A stretch of 64,000 bases of DNA from Candidatus Nanopelagicales bacterium (GTDB lineage Bacteria; Actinomycetota; Actinomycetes; S36-B12; UBA10799): positions 128,116-192,115 of the forward strand of contig JBAOIN010000006.1 of assembly GCA_037045455.1 (NCBI GenBank), given 5' to 3'. Position numbers and translations under genes: made by a program. Positions 19,448 to 27,726 of the stretch are shown one piece after another; position 1 is the stretch's first letter; each line of letters begins with the position of its first letter. The notes under the pieces were generated by a model, which did no database searches, had not been told where the DNA came from, and saw only the letters and a program-made list of their open reading frames with translations.

Positions 19448-20119
19448 CTACAGGTACTTTGTGATGACCATTGCCGCGAGAAGTGCCAACCAGATCACGG
19501 TGCCCGCGATATCCAACCCGTAGGCCAGTGGCTTGCGCGTGATCCTTTGTAGGCGTGCGCCCAGATGCCCGTCGGCCAGATTGACGCGAGTCAAGGAAGT
19601 GAACACCAGGGTCGTTGTGACGGTGATGAGCAGGCACCACGGGCAGAGTGCCCCGATCACGAAGTAGGCCTGGTAGAACAGCCAGTACGCGAATAGGAAC
19701 CCGATCGAGTAGAACGTCTGCGCGATCAGCATGAACCACCGCGGGAAGCGCACTCCCCCGAGCGCAGCCACGGCGACCGTGATCACGATCGGCTCCGTGA
19801 TCAGCCCGAGGAAAGCGTTGGGAAATCCCAGTAAGTTGGCCTGCCAGGTGGAACCGACGGTCGTGCACGAGATCTTCGAGCTGATGTCGCAGGAAAGGAT
19901 GACGTCGGGATTCTCAGCGATCTTGATGGCGTCGATGGACAGCACGAGCGATGCGACCAGGCCCAGCAATGAGGACACCAGCATCTCGATGTAGGCGCCA
20001 GTGTGCCGACGGCCGGTCTCCGGCACCTCGTCGAACTCGTCGAGCAGCTCGTCTGCGGTCTGCGAAGTCACGTGACCGAGTATCCCTGGATGACGGGAGG
20101 GACGCGCAAGCGGGCGCAT
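19448..20119 (-). CDS. Vitamin K epoxide reductase (VKOR) family protein, a DsbB-type disulfide oxidoreductase
   Basis: 223 aa and multi-TM. It has the loop cysteines ILSCDISSKISCTTV and the active-site CPWC (GALCPWCLLITV). Confidence 0.85.
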   Translation of the reverse strand: MRPLARPSRHPGILGHVTSQTADELLDEFDEVPETGRRHTGAYIEMLVSSLLGLVASLVLSIDAIKIAENPDVILSCDISSKISCTTVGSTWQANLLGFPNAFLGLITEPIVITVAVAALGGVRFPRWFMLIAQTFYSIGFLFAYWLFYQAYFVIGALCPWCLLITVTTTLVFTSLTRVNLADGHLGARLQRITRKPLAYGLDIAGTVIWLALLAAMVITKYL

Positions 20120-20137
20120 CGACGAGTCACGTGGCCC

Positions 20138-21409
20138 TCAGGCAGGCACCAAGCCGGCCGGGCCCGGCGCAGGTGGCACGGGATCGGCGGAGTCGGGCCG
20201 CGACGTCCGGTCGGTCCGATGGACAGCACGCCACGAGATACTGGTCAACAGGATCAGAGTGAGGCCGTACAGCACAAACCAGACCTCCTGGAACGCGAAG
20301 GTGGACTCGATGGGCTGCCAGCCTCGGGTCGGGTAGTACAGGCAAGCCAGTAGCCCAATTCCGACCGCGACGCGACGCGGCGAACGGCCGTTGCCGACCA
20401 CGGCCCCAAGGGCCGGGAGCATCCACACCGCGTGGTGACTCCACGAGACCGGGGACACCATGACACTGGTCAGCCCGACAACCGCAGCGGTCCCGATCGG
20501 ATCGTTGGCCCGCCATACGACGGCAGCAGCAAACAAGCCGGCCGCACACAGCAGGAGTGCGAGGGGAACGTACACCCGCACCGGAATATCCCCATCGTGC
20601 AGGCGCGCGAGCAGGCCACCGAGGGACTGGTTGTACTCCAGGGCGGGCGACGCTGCGCGGGCTGTCGGATTGACGATGAGGCGCTGCGTCCAGAGGTAAG
20701 TCCAGGTCGACTCGGGCAGCCAAAGCGCGCCGACACACCAGGCAACCGCTGTGGTCGCACATGCGGTGAGTGCGGGTCGCCACTGCTTCGTGGTGAACCA
20801 GTGGACGATGAACAGCCCTGGTGTCAGCTTCACGGCCGTCATTAGGCCCACCAGGACACCTCGTGGTAGCCGCCCGGATCGCCCCATGACGTCCAGCAGG
20901 CAAGCTAGCGTCAGGATGGTGCCGATCTGTCCGAAGGGAAGCAGTTCGCTGATGGGCTCCGTGGGGATCACCACGATCAGCGCCATCACGATCACGAGCC
21001 ACCGTCGAGGCGATCGGATCAACACGGCATTGAAGCTGAGCGCAAGAATGGCCGCCAGGCTGACGAGGGAAGCGAGGGTCCACACCGGCATGAGCCATGC
21101 ATCCGGCAGCATCCCCACGGGGATCATCAAGACCGCGGCGAACGGCGGGTAGGAGAACGGGAGGAACCCTGTGAATGCCGTCTCAAACGTTCCCGCGTAG
21201 ACATCTGCATGAGCCAGCGCCCACCGTCCCCCCTGGGCATACACCCGCACATCCGTTGCTGGGATCTGGGACCAGAACTGTAGGTGCAGATACCACTGAC
21301 CGAGGACGGCCATCACAGCGGCGGTGACAAGCCCCCACCTTGCGAACCGGGAGCCTTGAACGCCAACAACGAGGCCGTGCTGGACAAGAGCCAGCCGTCC
21401 CCGGGTCAC
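20138..21409 (-). CDS. GT87 / DUF2029 polytopic membrane glycosyltransferase (polyprenol-phosphate-sugar dependent, GT-C fold)
   Basis: The GTG at 21409 overlaps the upstream stop (GTGA). The first-loop signature is ATDVRVYAQGGRWALAHADVYAG...FSYPPFAAVLM. Many TM helices follow. The N-terminal half of ORF 20138-22606 is out-of-frame overlap with the upstream gene. Confidence 0.8.
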   Translation of the reverse strand: MTRGRLALVQHGLVVGVQGSRFARWGLVTAAVMAVLGQWYLHLQFWSQIPATDVRVYAQGGRWALAHADVYAGTFETAFTGFLPFSYPPFAAVLMIPVGMLPDAWLMPVWTLASLVSLAAILALSFNAVLIRSPRRWLVIVMALIVVIPTEPISELLPFGQIGTILTLACLLDVMGRSGRLPRGVLVGLMTAVKLTPGLFIVHWFTTKQWRPALTACATTAVAWCVGALWLPESTWTYLWTQRLIVNPTARAASPALEYNQSLGGLLARLHDGDIPVRVYVPLALLLCAAGLFAAAVVWRANDPIGTAAVVGLTSVMVSPVSWSHHAVWMLPALGAVVGNGRSPRRVAVGIGLLACLYYPTRGWQPIESTFAFQEVWFVLYGLTLILLTSISWRAVHRTDRTSRPDSADPVPPAPGPAGLVPA

Positions 21410-22683
21410 GAGGGTTCCTCCTGGCCGAGGGGGACATCTCGCAGAAAGAACAGCCCGGCGACACTGGCCACACACGCTGCAGCAGAAAGCGCGAATGGTC
21501 CTCTGCCGGCAGCGCCCATGAGTACCAGCCAGGAGGCCAGCATGAGCCATGCGCCCGCAATGTTGCGGTGCAGTGCCCAGATGACTGCGGCTGGCAGCAG
21601 CACCACCACCGGCGAGATCAGGTAATAGGAGCCGAACCAGATGTCGGTCGCGACCCTCAGCAACACGATGATCACGGGCACCAGCAGGCATGCCGTCGCC
21701 CTGATCGCCGCGTGCCGGCGAAGCAGTGGGCGTGCCCACAATAGCGTCACCGCCGTGGCCACAGCGCCCACCAGACCCGCCTGCAGCAGGCGCAATGACC
21801 AGGGGAATGGAGAACCCGCTCCCACTAGCAGGCTCCAGGCACTGTCTGCGCGCACGGTCCAGTGGTAGCCGGCCATATGGAACGATCCTGAAACAACAAA
21901 GGGCAGCCACAGCATCGCCGACACGGCCACCGCTGCGCCGACCGCGCCTGCCACTCGCCGCAGGTCCGGCGCGAGCAGCAAGGCGACGACGCCGACGATG
22001 CCCCACGGCTCGAGCCCGGTTGCCAGTCCGATTGCCGCACCGGCGAGCACGGGCCGGCCGGCAGCACTGAGACCGCCCGCCAGCACCCACAGCAAGAGCA
22101 CCGGGATCTGCCACCAGTGCCCGGCCATCAGGTACTCCTCGTCGGCGCCGATCAGACCGAGAACGGCGACCGTCAGCCACGGGGCAGCAAGCACGAGGGT
22201 GCTGCTGTCGGGAAGGCGACGGATGAGTGACGCAGCCACGGAACCGCCTACGAGCAATGGGACCGAAGCCACGAGAGTCATGAGGACAGCGGCACCTGCT
22301 GCTCCAGGCAGCACTGCCAGCAGGCGATGGAGCAGGCCGTCGCCGATGATCTGTGCGGGCCCGGCTTGGTTGAACGGATCGGCGTACGCGCCCCCGAGAT
22401 CGCCGCGCAGTACCGACTCCCCGAGGCCGCTGAATTGAGCGATGTCCGGAATCCACCCATATAGCGCCTGTATCCGTGATCCGGCACCGGCAGTCAGGTC
22501 CCACAGCCGCCCCGCGGTAGCCACGGAGAAGGCCAGGGCGAGCGCGATCCACCCATGCCGTGCCAGAACGCTGACCCAATGCGGCCATGTGGCCGGGCGC
22601 AGCCACAGCCCCGCATCGAGCAACGCTGGCCGTGAGGCGGTCGCAACACCACCCATAGGAGGCGCATCGTCACCCATGCCCAC
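21406..22683 (-). CDS. Polytopic membrane protein, GT-C-like (possible second glycosyltransferase)
   Basis: 425 aa with about 10 or more hydrophobic helices. Its first loop is IPDIAQFSGLGESVLRGDLGGAYADPFNQAGPAQI. It starts 3 nt after the pilC stop. The family assignment is tentative. Confidence 0.55.
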   Translation of the reverse strand: MGMGDDAPPMGGVATASRPALLDAGLWLRPATWPHWVSVLARHGWIALALAFSVATAGRLWDLTAGAGSRIQALYGWIPDIAQFSGLGESVLRGDLGGAYADPFNQAGPAQIIGDGLLHRLLAVLPGAAGAAVLMTLVASVPLLVGGSVAASLIRRLPDSSTLVLAAPWLTVAVLGLIGADEEYLMAGHWWQIPVLLLWVLAGGLSAAGRPVLAGAAIGLATGLEPWGIVGVVALLLAPDLRRVAGAVGAAVAVSAMLWLPFVVSGSFHMAGYHWTVRADSAWSLLVGAGSPFPWSLRLLQAGLVGAVATAVTLLWARPLLRRHAAIRATACLLVPVIIVLLRVATDIWFGSYYLISPVVVLLPAAVIWALHRNIAGAWLMLASWLVLMGAAGRGPFALSAAACVASVAGLFFLRDVPLGQEEPS

Positions 22684-22686
22684 CCC

Positions 22687-23907
22687 TTACTCGATCAGGT
22701 CGAACACCTTGAAGATCGGCATGTAGAGGGCAATGATCATTGCGCCAACGATCGCACCCACCACAGCGATCATGATCGGTTCGATCAGCGATGTGAGGGC
22801 CTCGGTCGTGGCCTCCACCTCTGAGTCGTAGAAGTCCGAGATCTTGTGGAGCATGGCATCCAGGGACCCGGTGTCCTCGCCGACAGCCATCATCTGCACA
22901 ACCATCGGCGGGAAGACCGGGTGTTCGGCCAAGGGACCGGCCAACGACTCCCCCCGTCGTACGGAGTTCTCCACGTCGTCGATCGCGCGGGCAAGAACCA
23001 CGTTGCCGGTGGTGTCCGAGACGATGTCCAGCGACTGCAGGATGGGGACACCTGCGTGAATCATGGTGCCGAGGTTGCGGGAGAAGCGGGAGATCGCCAC
23101 CTTCTGGAAGAGCTTGCCGAAGATCGGAGCCTTCAACTTGAATGGATCCACGACGTTGCGCACCTTGGGATGGTTCTTGTAACGGCGCCACACGAAGAAG
23201 CCGATCACCGCCAGCAGCAGCAAGAACGGCAGCGCAGTCTTCAGCAGGTTGGAGAGTGCGACCAGAACCCGGGTGGGCAGCGGCAACTCACCGCCTAGGC
23301 CGGCGAACATGTCGGCGAAGACCGGGACGATAAAGACCAGCATCGCGGTCATGGACAGGATGGCGAACGAGAACACCACGACCGGGTACGTCATCGCGGA
23401 CTTGATCTTTGCGCGCAATTTGACTTCCGCCTCGAAGTTCTCCGCGAGTTGCAGCAGCACCTGATCCAGGAAACCGCCGGTCTCACCGGCCCGGACCATG
23501 TTGATCATGATGGGCGGGAACACACGCTCGTGCTGGGCAAAGGCCTGGGACAGCGAGGAACCCTGCTCTACTGCCAGGCGGACCTCGGAGTAGACCTCGG
23601 CCAGTTTCTCGTTGTCGGTCTGCTCGGCAAGGATGGACAGCGCTCGCAGCAGCGAAAGCCCGGAGTTGATCATGGTGGCGAACTGCCGTGCCGAGATGGC
23701 GATGTCCTTGAGTTTCACCCGGCCACCGAAGCCCGGGATGTGCAACTCCTTGTTCAGCCCGGCGTTGGCTTTGGCGATCGAGATGGGCGCGTAGCCCATG
23801 CCTTTCAGCTTGCTGGCCACGGCCGCTGGCGACTGCGCGTCAATCCGGCCCTTGAGGACCTTGCCCCCCCGGTCGCGGACTTGATAGTCGAACGTCTCCA
23901 GACTCAC
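22687..23907 (-). CDS. pilC: Type IV pilus platform protein PilC (GspF family)
   Basis: 406 aa with a duplicated T2SS-F domain (ISARQFATMINSGLSLLRAL...; ISRFSRNLGTMIHAGVPILQSL...). Confidence 0.95.
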   Translation of the reverse strand: MSLETFDYQVRDRGGKVLKGRIDAQSPAAVASKLKGMGYAPISIAKANAGLNKELHIPGFGGRVKLKDIAISARQFATMINSGLSLLRALSILAEQTDNEKLAEVYSEVRLAVEQGSSLSQAFAQHERVFPPIMINMVRAGETGGFLDQVLLQLAENFEAEVKLRAKIKSAMTYPVVVFSFAILSMTAMLVFIVPVFADMFAGLGGELPLPTRVLVALSNLLKTALPFLLLLAVIGFFVWRRYKNHPKVRNVVDPFKLKAPIFGKLFQKVAISRFSRNLGTMIHAGVPILQSLDIVSDTTGNVVLARAIDDVENSVRRGESLAGPLAEHPVFPPMVVQMMAVGEDTGSLDAMLHKISDFYDSEVEATTEALTSLIEPIMIAVVGAIVGAMIIALYMPIFKVFDLIE

Positions 23908-25031
23908 GCGATCCTCCCGGTCATCCGGTTGAAGTCCTCAACGTGGTGGCATTTCTCCGCGCCCTGCTCGTAGCTGATGCGACGCGACCGGACGAGTTCC
24001 GCCAAGTGCTGGTCGAGGGTCTGCATGCCGTACTGCGCGCCGGCCTGCAGGGATGAGTAGATCTGGTGGGTCTTGCCCTCGCGAATCAGGTTGCGGATGG
24101 CCGGGGTGGCGACCATGACCTCGACCGCAGCCACCCGGCCTTTGCCGTCCGCGGTCTTGCACAGCGTCTGGCAGACCACACCCTGCAGGGTGCCGGCGAG
24201 CTGCTGGCGGATCTGCTGCTGCTGATGCGGCGGGAAGACATCGATGATGCGGTCGACCGTTTGGGCGGCGTCCTGAGTGTGCAGGGTCGCGAACACCAGG
24301 TGGCCGGTCTCCGCGGCAGTCAGGGCGACCTGGATGGTCTCGAGGTCACGCATCTCCCCGACCAGGATGATGTCCGGGTCCTGCCGCAGGACGTGCTTGA
24401 GCGCCTCGGCGAAGGAGCGGGTGTCGGTGCCCACCTCCCGCTGGTTGACCAGGCAGTTGCGGTGCCGATGCAGGAATTCGATCGGGTCTTCCACGGTCAT
24501 GATGTGGTCGTGGCGGGTGGAGTTCGCGATGTCGATCAGCGACGCCAGCGTCGTGCTCTTGCCAGAGCCGGTGGGTCCGGTCACCAGCACGAACCCGCGC
24601 GGCAGCGCGGAGAACGACGAGACGATTGGGGGGATGCCCAGCGATTCCAGGCTCTTGATCTCAAACGGAATGACGCGGAACGCTGCGCCGACAGCTTCCC
24701 GCTGCTGGTACATATTCACGCGGAATCGGGCCCGGCCCGGCAGCGAGTACGAGAAGTCGAGCTCCAGCCGCTCTTCGAACATCTCCCGCTGCTGCTGGGT
24801 GATGATCGCGTAGAGGATGCGTTTGAGGGAGGCGCTGTCCAGAACGGGCGCGCCCGGCAACGGCCGCAGGCTGCCCGCGATCCGCACGGTAGGCGGCGCG
24901 CCGGCCGTGACGTGCAGGTCACTGGCACCCGCGGAAAGCATCAACTCCAGGCACCGAACCAGGCTGACATCGCTGGCCCGGACGGCCTGCTCGGTGCCGG
25001 GGCGAGCGGCTGCGGGTGTCTGCACGGACAT
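23904..25031 (-). CDS. pilT: Type IV pilus retraction ATPase PilT
   Basis: 375 aa with Walker A GPTGSGKSTT, VGEMRDLETIQVALTAAETGHLVFATLHT, and the AIRNLIREGK motif. Confidence 0.95.
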   Translation of the reverse strand: MSVQTPAAARPGTEQAVRASDVSLVRCLELMLSAGASDLHVTAGAPPTVRIAGSLRPLPGAPVLDSASLKRILYAIITQQQREMFEERLELDFSYSLPGRARFRVNMYQQREAVGAAFRVIPFEIKSLESLGIPPIVSSFSALPRGFVLVTGPTGSGKSTTLASLIDIANSTRHDHIMTVEDPIEFLHRHRNCLVNQREVGTDTRSFAEALKHVLRQDPDIILVGEMRDLETIQVALTAAETGHLVFATLHTQDAAQTVDRIIDVFPPHQQQQIRQQLAGTLQGVVCQTLCKTADGKGRVAAVEVMVATPAIRNLIREGKTHQIYSSLQAGAQYGMQTLDQHLAELVRSRRISYEQGAEKCHHVEDFNRMTGRIA

Positions 25032-25177
25032 GTTGACGACTTCGGCAGTTCGTGGGAAGTGCTTGAACCAGCGCTCACCCGAGCGGGGGCGCTGACGCTT
25101 TCACGCAATGAGATTGAACAACGACCCAGGTGAGAGCGCTGGACGGTCGTCTATCGCTCGCAACAGCGCGCAACTCC

Positions 25178-26842
25178 TCAGACCACGACGCGCAGTACTT
25201 CGTCCAGGCTCGTGACCCCGGCCAGCACCTTGGCCAGCCCGTCCTGCTTGAGGGTCTGCATGCCTTCCTCCCGCCCGGCGGTCGCAATGGCCGCAGAGGG
25301 GGCCCGCTCCACGGCCAGCCGCTCGATCCGCTCGGTGATCGGCAGCACCTCATGCAGGGCGACCCGGCCTTTGTAGCCGGTCCGCGAACACACCGAGCAG
25401 CCGACCGGACGGTAGATCTTCGGGATCTCGTGACCGTCCTCGATCGGCAGGCCAGCTGCTCGCAAAGCCTCACGCGACGGCTGGTAGGTCTGCTTGCACT
25501 TAGGGCACAACCGTCGCGCGAGACGTTGGGCCAGGACGCAGTCCAGAGACGAGCCCACCAGGAACGGCTCAATGCCCATCTCGATCAACCGGGTCACGGC
25601 ACTCGGCGCATCGTTGGTGTGCAAGGTGGACAGCACCAGGTGTCCGGTGAGCGCGGACTCCACCGCGATCTGGGCGGTCTCGTGGTCGCGGATCTCACCG
25701 ATCAGCACGATGTCGGGGTCGGCACGCAGGATCGACCGCAGCGCCGCTGCGAACGTCAGACCAGCCTTGGCGTGGGTCTGGATCTGGTTCACCCCTGCCA
25801 AACGGTATTCGACCGGGTCCTCGACAGTGATGATGTTCACCTCGGGTCGGTTGAGGATGTTCACCGTCGCGTACAGCGTCGTGGACTTTCCCGAACCGGT
25901 CGGCCCAACGACCAGGATCATGCCGTAGGGCTTACCGAAACTCGCCGAGAAGCGGTCGTAGTTCACCTGCCGGAACCCGAGGTCGGCCAGGTCCAGCATC
26001 GCAGTGGAGTTGTCCAGGATCCGCATGACGATCTTTTCGCCCCACACCGTCGGCAACGTCGCCACCCGCAGATCGACCTTCTGGCCGTTGCTACTCACGC
26101 TCAGCCGACCGTCCTGCGGCACCCGGCGTTCGGCAATGTTCATGTCGGCCATGATCTTCAAACGGCTGATCACCCCGGACTGGATGGACTTCGGCGAGCG
26201 CATCACCTCGTGCAGCACGCCGTCGATCCGGAACCGCACGCGAACGTCGTGCTCAGTCGGCTCGAGATGGATGTCGGAAGCCCGGTCCTGGATGCCCTGG
26301 GTGATCAGCAGGTTCACGAACTTGACGATCGGGGCGTCCTCGACGACCTCCTTGATGCTGGACAAGTCGTCTTCGTCGGAATCCGGCTCTATCGCGGTCG
26401 TGAGCTCGTCGAGTTCGCCGTCCGCGCGGTAGTGCCGGTCCAGCGCTGCCTGCACGTCGGTGCGCGTCGCCACGACCGGGATGACCGTCATGCCACTGGC
26501 CGAACGAATGTCGTCGATGGCGAAGACGTTGGCCGGGTCGCTCATGGCAACCACCAGCCGGCCGTTCTCGAAGGCGATCGGGATGGCACTGTGGCGCCGG
26601 CACACCGCGCCGGGGACCTTGGTCAGGGCGGCCCCGTCCAAGGTCGCTTCGGCCAGGTCGACGAACCGCATGCCGATCTGGGTGGCCAGAGCCTGCACGA
26701 CCTGCGCCTCGGTGAGCATGCCGAGATCTATCAGCACCCGGCCCAGAGAATGCCCGATGTTGCGCTGTTCGAACAGGGCCTTCTCCAACTGATCGGACGT
26801 GATGAGGCCCTGGCCGATCAAGATCTCGCCCAGTTGCTTCAT
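25178..26842 (-). CDS. pilB: Type IV pilus assembly ATPase PilB (GspE family)
   Basis: 554 aa with an N-terminal GSPII_E_N domain (LGEILIGQGLITSDQLEKALFEQ), Walker A GPTGSGKSTT, and the tetracysteine motif CPKC...CSVC. Confidence 0.95.
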   Translation of the reverse strand: MKQLGEILIGQGLITSDQLEKALFEQRNIGHSLGRVLIDLGMLTEAQVVQALATQIGMRFVDLAEATLDGAALTKVPGAVCRRHSAIPIAFENGRLVVAMSDPANVFAIDDIRSASGMTVIPVVATRTDVQAALDRHYRADGELDELTTAIEPDSDEDDLSSIKEVVEDAPIVKFVNLLITQGIQDRASDIHLEPTEHDVRVRFRIDGVLHEVMRSPKSIQSGVISRLKIMADMNIAERRVPQDGRLSVSSNGQKVDLRVATLPTVWGEKIVMRILDNSTAMLDLADLGFRQVNYDRFSASFGKPYGMILVVGPTGSGKSTTLYATVNILNRPEVNIITVEDPVEYRLAGVNQIQTHAKAGLTFAAALRSILRADPDIVLIGEIRDHETAQIAVESALTGHLVLSTLHTNDAPSAVTRLIEMGIEPFLVGSSLDCVLAQRLARRLCPKCKQTYQPSREALRAAGLPIEDGHEIPKIYRPVGCSVCSRTGYKGRVALHEVLPITERIERLAVERAPSAAIATAGREEGMQTLKQDGLAKVLAGVTSLDEVLRVVV

Positions 26843-27723
26843 ACGCCTCGCACTCCTCGCAGGATGGCGGTCAGGAGGTCCTGGTCGTCATCGCGCGCAG
26901 GAGTCTCCGGAGCGGCCTCACTGACTTCTTCGGCAGCAGTGCCGCCGGGGATGACCGCCAAATGCGGTGCTTGCGGCCGCTTTGTGGGCGCCGGTGCGTC
27001 CTCGATCGCCGAGAGCATGGCCAGCCGGTGTTCCACGGCGCCGGACCCGGCGATCACGGGGATGGCACAATCGGCATCCACCAGATCCGCCAGATCCACG
27101 ACCGTGCCGACCGTGCCATGGCCGCTCGCCTCGATGAGTTCGGCGACGGTACGCCGGCCGTCGATCAGCGAATGCAACCCTCGAAGGTGGGCCGGCACGG
27201 CACCCGGGTGCGCCGCCATGACCGTGCTCGATCCGCCGAGCAGGTCGGCGGCCGGACGCCAGCGTTTCAGCAGCGCAGTCACATCGGCGGCCATCTCGGC
27301 CAAGGGAAAAACGACGCCCACGTCGTCGGGCACGACGTCGGCCTCGTCAGCGGTGAACGTGCCCTTGCGCCAGTGGCTCAAACCCGCCAGAGCGCTCACC
27401 AGGTGCAGGCGGGTCAGCGGCCGAAGGTAATCGGGGTCGATGGCGTCGGCCTGCACCAGCGCCTTGACCACACCACCGTCCTGGGCGCTGCGCAGCGCCT
27501 CCGCCAGACTCGTGGTTCCGACCGCCCCTTCCAGCACCAGCCGACGCGCCAGGCACTGCCGGGAACCGTCAGCGCTGGCGCTCACCACCGCACCGTCCCG
27601 CAGCGCCACGAAGGCGGCCTGTTCCCCCTGTAACCGAACCAGCCACTGCCCTGGCTTGCGCCCCACCAGGCTCAGGACCTCCTGAACCCGGAAGGCGTGC
27701 ACGGAACCAGCGAGCAGGGGCAT
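26839..27723 (-). CDS. DUF4388 / PATAN-like domain protein
   Basis: 294 aa. The N-terminus GSVHAFRVQEVLSLVGRKPGQWLVRLQGEQAAFVALRDGAVVSA matches the DUF4388 pattern as I remember it (reporter residues F/L, a K-G stretch, then a G..v.A strand). Its stop overlaps the pilB ATG (ATGA). Confidence 0.6.
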   Translation of the reverse strand: MPLLAGSVHAFRVQEVLSLVGRKPGQWLVRLQGEQAAFVALRDGAVVSASADGSRQCLARRLVLEGAVGTTSLAEALRSAQDGGVVKALVQADAIDPDYLRPLTRLHLVSALAGLSHWRKGTFTADEADVVPDDVGVVFPLAEMAADVTALLKRWRPAADLLGGSSTVMAAHPGAVPAHLRGLHSLIDGRRTVAELIEASGHGTVGTVVDLADLVDADCAIPVIAGSGAVEHRLAMLSAIEDAPAPTKRPQAPHLAVIPGGTAAEEVSEAAPETPARDDDQDLLTAILRGVRGV

Positions 27724-27726
27724 GGC

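Noticed and set aside
20138-22606. 822-aa ORF suggesting a giant glycosyltransferase
   Set aside because: The N-terminal half is an Arg/Gly-rich out-of-frame overlap of the upstream 425-aa membrane-protein gene. The GT87 gene starts at the GTG at 21409, overlapping that gene's stop.
25130-27430. 766-aa plus-strand ORF
   Set aside because: It is antisense to pilB and the DUF4388 gene, has no recognisable domains, and shows high-GC off-frame composition.
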